Shown piece by piece: positions 61,425 to 64,000 of a stretch of 64,000 nucleotides of DNA. The position numbers and the translations under genes were made by a program. Below the pieces are notes generated by a model that searched no databases, had not been told where the DNA came from, and worked only from the letters and a program-made list of their open reading frames with translations. The DNA is taken from the NCBI GenBank assembly GCA_038063735.1, contig JBBTUN010000006.1, positions 8,485 through 72,484 of the forward strand, in the 5' to 3' direction. The DNA is from Patescibacteria group bacterium (GTDB lineage: Bacteria > Patescibacteriota > Microgenomatia > Curtissbacterales > GWA2-41-24). Within the stretch, counting starts at the first letter, position 1; each line of letters opens with the position of its first letter.

Positions 61425-61799
61425 ATGTTTAAAGTCCGGGATCAAACATATGATTGCTATATAGAGTTTACCCTTGAGATTATCGGAGGTAAATGGAAAA
61501 CGCTTATCCTCTGGCATCTTAAAGACGGAAAAAAACGCTTTGGCCAGTTAAGAAAACTTCTACCCAATTGCACCCAAAGGATGCTTACTCGTCAGCTGAG
61601 AGAATTAGAACACGATGGAATTGTGACTAGAAAGATTTTTCGGCAAATCCCTCCAAAAGTCGAGTATTCTCTCACAAATCGTGGAAAAACTCTGAAACCT
61701 GTTTTGGAGCTTGCCTGCGACTGGGGAATAAACAGGGCAAATGAACTGAACACAGTCAAACAGGTGGAGTTATATAGTAGTAATAATAAAATAGTTTAA
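61425..61799 (+). CDS. HxlR-family winged-helix regulator
   Basis: C.IEFTLEIIGGKWK, RFGQL, LRELEHDG, PPKVEYSLT. Confidence 0.93.
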   Translation: MFKVRDQTYDCYIEFTLEIIGGKWKTLILWHLKDGKKRFGQLRKLLPNCTQRMLTRQLRELEHDGIVTRKIFRQIPPKVEYSLTNRGKTLKPVLELACDWGINRANELNTVKQVELYSSNNKIV

Positions 61800-61858
61800 A
61801 ACTTAAACTGAGGTGGTTGGGAGTAAACTATCCGACCAAACGAGTCTCTTTCAATAAT
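61794..61858 (-). repeat. ERDxxGRIV module, partial copy 3
   Basis: GTTTAAAACTTAAACTG identical to 54233-54249; encodes IIERDSFGRIVYSQPPQFKF*. Confidence 0.75.
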
Positions 61859-61865
61859 CCACCTT

Positions 61866-63326
61866 TTAACATTTTCCGTCCTCCTTGATACTCCCGTCAG
61901 AGTTGGTATGGATACTTCTGCACTCACCGTTATACAAAATCTTAAGTTCCTGCTTACAATCGCCACCAATGGACTGCTTCGTAATAGTTGCCCCCGGATA
62001 CTTTGCGCTAACTCCAGATGGCAAGGTGCCTTGACCCCCACAATTGGAAGCAGGTTGTGGTGGCGGATTTCCAGCTGGCGGCGCAGTTGTTGGCGTTGGT
62101 GCTGGCTGTCCAGGCGTCGGCGGGTTAACAGGTACAGACGAACCTAATGTTCCTATTAAATATCCGGCAAGCAAATTGTAAGCATTGTTAGAATGGTTAC
62201 TGCCTTTACCACCCTTTGTCTGAAATGCGCTTGTCCCGTCTTTTCCACAAAAGTTAAGAATAGCTTGTGCGCCACCGGGATGGGAAGCAATGTAGCGCGT
62301 TACATCATATACTTTTCCCGAAATTATAAGCCAACAATTGGCAAGTGTATTATGGCCGGCGACCTCAGCAGGTGACAAGGTTAAACTCGGGTTTGGATTA
62401 GGATTAGGATTAGGGTTAGGGTTGACTGGGTTCCCAATCACCGGGTTTGGGACATTTGTTGGCAATGGTGGAGAAACCGCTACCGGCGTTCCACCACCCG
62501 GAGACCCGGAATTTAATGCAACGCTTGACCCCAAGTTACCAATAAAATAACTTCCCAGCAAATTACCGGCAAATTGTGAGTGGCCGCTTGCTGGACTTTT
62601 ATCCTTTGTTTGGAACCCGGCAGTGGCATCACGACCACAATAATTTAAAATGGCCTGCGCGCCACCCGGATGCTGGGAAATATAAGATGTTACGTTATAT
62701 ACATTGCCCGAAATTATAAGCCAACAATTGGCAAGTGTATTATGGCTGGCGACCTCGGCAGGAGTGAGTGTCAAACTTGAACTAACCGCCGATACCGAAG
62801 GTCTTGTCGTAGTAAGTGTATTTGGCAGCTTTGCAACGCTGGCACCCTTATCAGACGTTCCAGTATTTTGTGAATTAGCAGACGGCGCACTATCATTTTT
62901 AGGCAATTCGGAACCGAGCTCTCCCATAAAATAATTTGCCAGCATGTCATAAGCTGCCTTCGAATGGTCTTTGTTGGGGTTTTTGTCTTTTGTACTAAAC
63001 GCAACACTTGCATCCTTTCCGCAATAAGGTATTATGCTGCTGGCACCACCCGGGTGTTCATTCAAAAAAGTGCTGACGTTATAAACTTTATTGCTTATTA
63101 TTATCCAGCAGTTATCACCAGATGAGTGTTTTGCAACCTCATCCACAGTCAAATAATTTACAACACCCGAGGAACTCTCTCCTGCCCCACCCGATTTATC
63201 AGCGATTTGTCCAACGATGTTAGAGTTTTTTTTATTTTCGTGGATAATAAATGCAGAAGTTAAGATGGAAATTACCGCAATTAGATAAAAACATAGCGCG
63301 ACACCTACAAAAATTTTTATCTTCAT
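61866..63326 (-). CDS. Membrane-anchored protein with three cytochrome b5-like heme-binding domains
   Basis: Three repeats of EVAxH...CW.II...VY.V...HPGG...CG.D...F...HS; Pro/Asn/Ser linkers. Confidence 0.9.
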   Translation of the reverse strand: MKIKIFVGVALCFYLIAVISILTSAFIIHENKKNSNIVGQIADKSGGAGESSSGVVNYLTVDEVAKHSSGDNCWIIISNKVYNVSTFLNEHPGGASSIIPYCGKDASVAFSTKDKNPNKDHSKAAYDMLANYFMGELGSELPKNDSAPSANSQNTGTSDKGASVAKLPNTLTTTRPSVSAVSSSLTLTPAEVASHNTLANCWLIISGNVYNVTSYISQHPGGAQAILNYCGRDATAGFQTKDKSPASGHSQFAGNLLGSYFIGNLGSSVALNSGSPGGGTPVAVSPPLPTNVPNPVIGNPVNPNPNPNPNPNPSLTLSPAEVAGHNTLANCWLIISGKVYDVTRYIASHPGGAQAILNFCGKDGTSAFQTKGGKGSNHSNNAYNLLAGYLIGTLGSSVPVNPPTPGQPAPTPTTAPPAGNPPPQPASNCGGQGTLPSGVSAKYPGATITKQSIGGDCKQELKILYNGECRSIHTNSDGSIKEDGKC

Positions 63327-63961
63327 TTGAGAATGATTTCGCTCAAAACCACTTCACGCGAGGGTATTCCCGTCACCCCGGCATCCAAATTCCCAATCGC
63401 CAACACTACATCCATCCCCAAAACAACTTTTGCAAAAATCGTATTCTGACCATTCAGCCAACTACTATCGGCTGTAAGAATTAAAAATTGGCTGCCGTTG
63501 CTATCCTTACCCTCATTTGCCATAACCAAAGTTCCCGCAAGCATCTGGTCTTCAGAGTGGATTTCATCAGCAAAAGTATAACCTGGCCCACCATGTCCCC
63601 ATTGGGCGACAAGGCTCTTGTCCTTGGACAGTGGATCCCCACCCTGTATCGCAAAACCCTTTACTATTCTATGGAACCTAGTGCCATCATAAAAACCTTC
63701 ATCAGCCAGTTTAATAAAATTAGAAACTGTATTCGGTGCCCCTGTTTTGTCAAACTTTATCTCAATTTTTCCAAAATTTGTTACCAATACTGCACCGCCA
63801 ACTTTTGACGGATCCAAACTTTCCTTGGCCCTTAAGTCCACGCTTCCCGGGGATTGTTTAATTATCGTATAGGCCAAAAATCCGACAGAGCCTACAGCAA
63901 AAACCGAAAGGAAACAAAAAACCAAAAACAACCACAAATGCCTCGCAACTATTTTCTTCAT
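63323..63961 (-). CDS. Cyclophilin-type peptidyl-prolyl isomerase with N-terminal TM
   Basis: APNTVSNF, FYDGTRFHRIV, IQGGDP, MANEG, NGSQF; ATG at 63961 preferred. Confidence 0.93.
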   Translation of the reverse strand: MKKIVARHLWLFLVFCFLSVFAVGSVGFLAYTIIKQSPGSVDLRAKESLDPSKVGGAVLVTNFGKIEIKFDKTGAPNTVSNFIKLADEGFYDGTRFHRIVKGFAIQGGDPLSKDKSLVAQWGHGGPGYTFADEIHSEDQMLAGTLVMANEGKDSNGSQFLILTADSSWLNGQNTIFAKVVLGMDVVLAIGNLDAGVTGIPSREVVLSEIILK

Positions 63962-64000
63962 TATTACTCCAAAATACAAATTCTTCACAATTATACCAAA

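Noticed and set aside
54233-61858. Classical integron attC sites or CRISPR repeats as the explanation of the repeated module
   Set aside because: No RYYYAAC...GTTRRRY palindromic structure that I could build, no intI, kilobase spacing and codon-patterned divergence; no CRISPR array or cas genes anywhere in the window

Overview
Chromosomal window from a small-genome bacterium, inferred from gene content to be Patescibacteria/CPR (Microgenomates-like). Core genes: a glycosyltransferase trio beside a type IV pilus operon (pilin, pilC, pilT, pilB), holB, gyrB/gyrA, carA/carB, a Xer-type recombinase, pyrH, ruvC, a three-gene ATP-citrate-lyase-like locus, yebC, a Kef antiporter, rluA-lspA-dksA-lgt, efp, nif3, tRNA-Leu(CAA), dnaB, a short hisS, rpmE, prfA, htrA, ctpA, rpsR-ssb-rpsF and ychF. 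An accessory region follows at about 52.9-64 kb (DUF305, membrane spermidine-synthase-like protein, msrB-dipZ-thioredoxin, regulators, triple cytochrome b5 protein, cyclophilin). Most unusual signals: (1) the accessory region upstream of ychF is punctuated by 2 full and 2 partial copies of an unannotated module whose full copies begin like the ychF promoter/N-terminus and continue in the -1 frame as a conserved 'ERDxxGRIV' peptide, resembling a cassette array; (2) the intact tRNA-Leu sits between the 5' and 3' halves of a second, hairpin-interrupted tRNA-Leu-like gene; (3) one ~75-bp hairpin element occurs both in that tRNA T-arm and next to a duplicated gyrB 3' end; (4) an 11-6-11 dif-like palindrome has half-sites that also bracket the xer promoter; (5) a 157-nt rod-like RNA structure precedes carA; (6) palindromic and heptamer repeats are inserted in frame in enzymes. 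All alignments and counts were done by eye; no searches were run.
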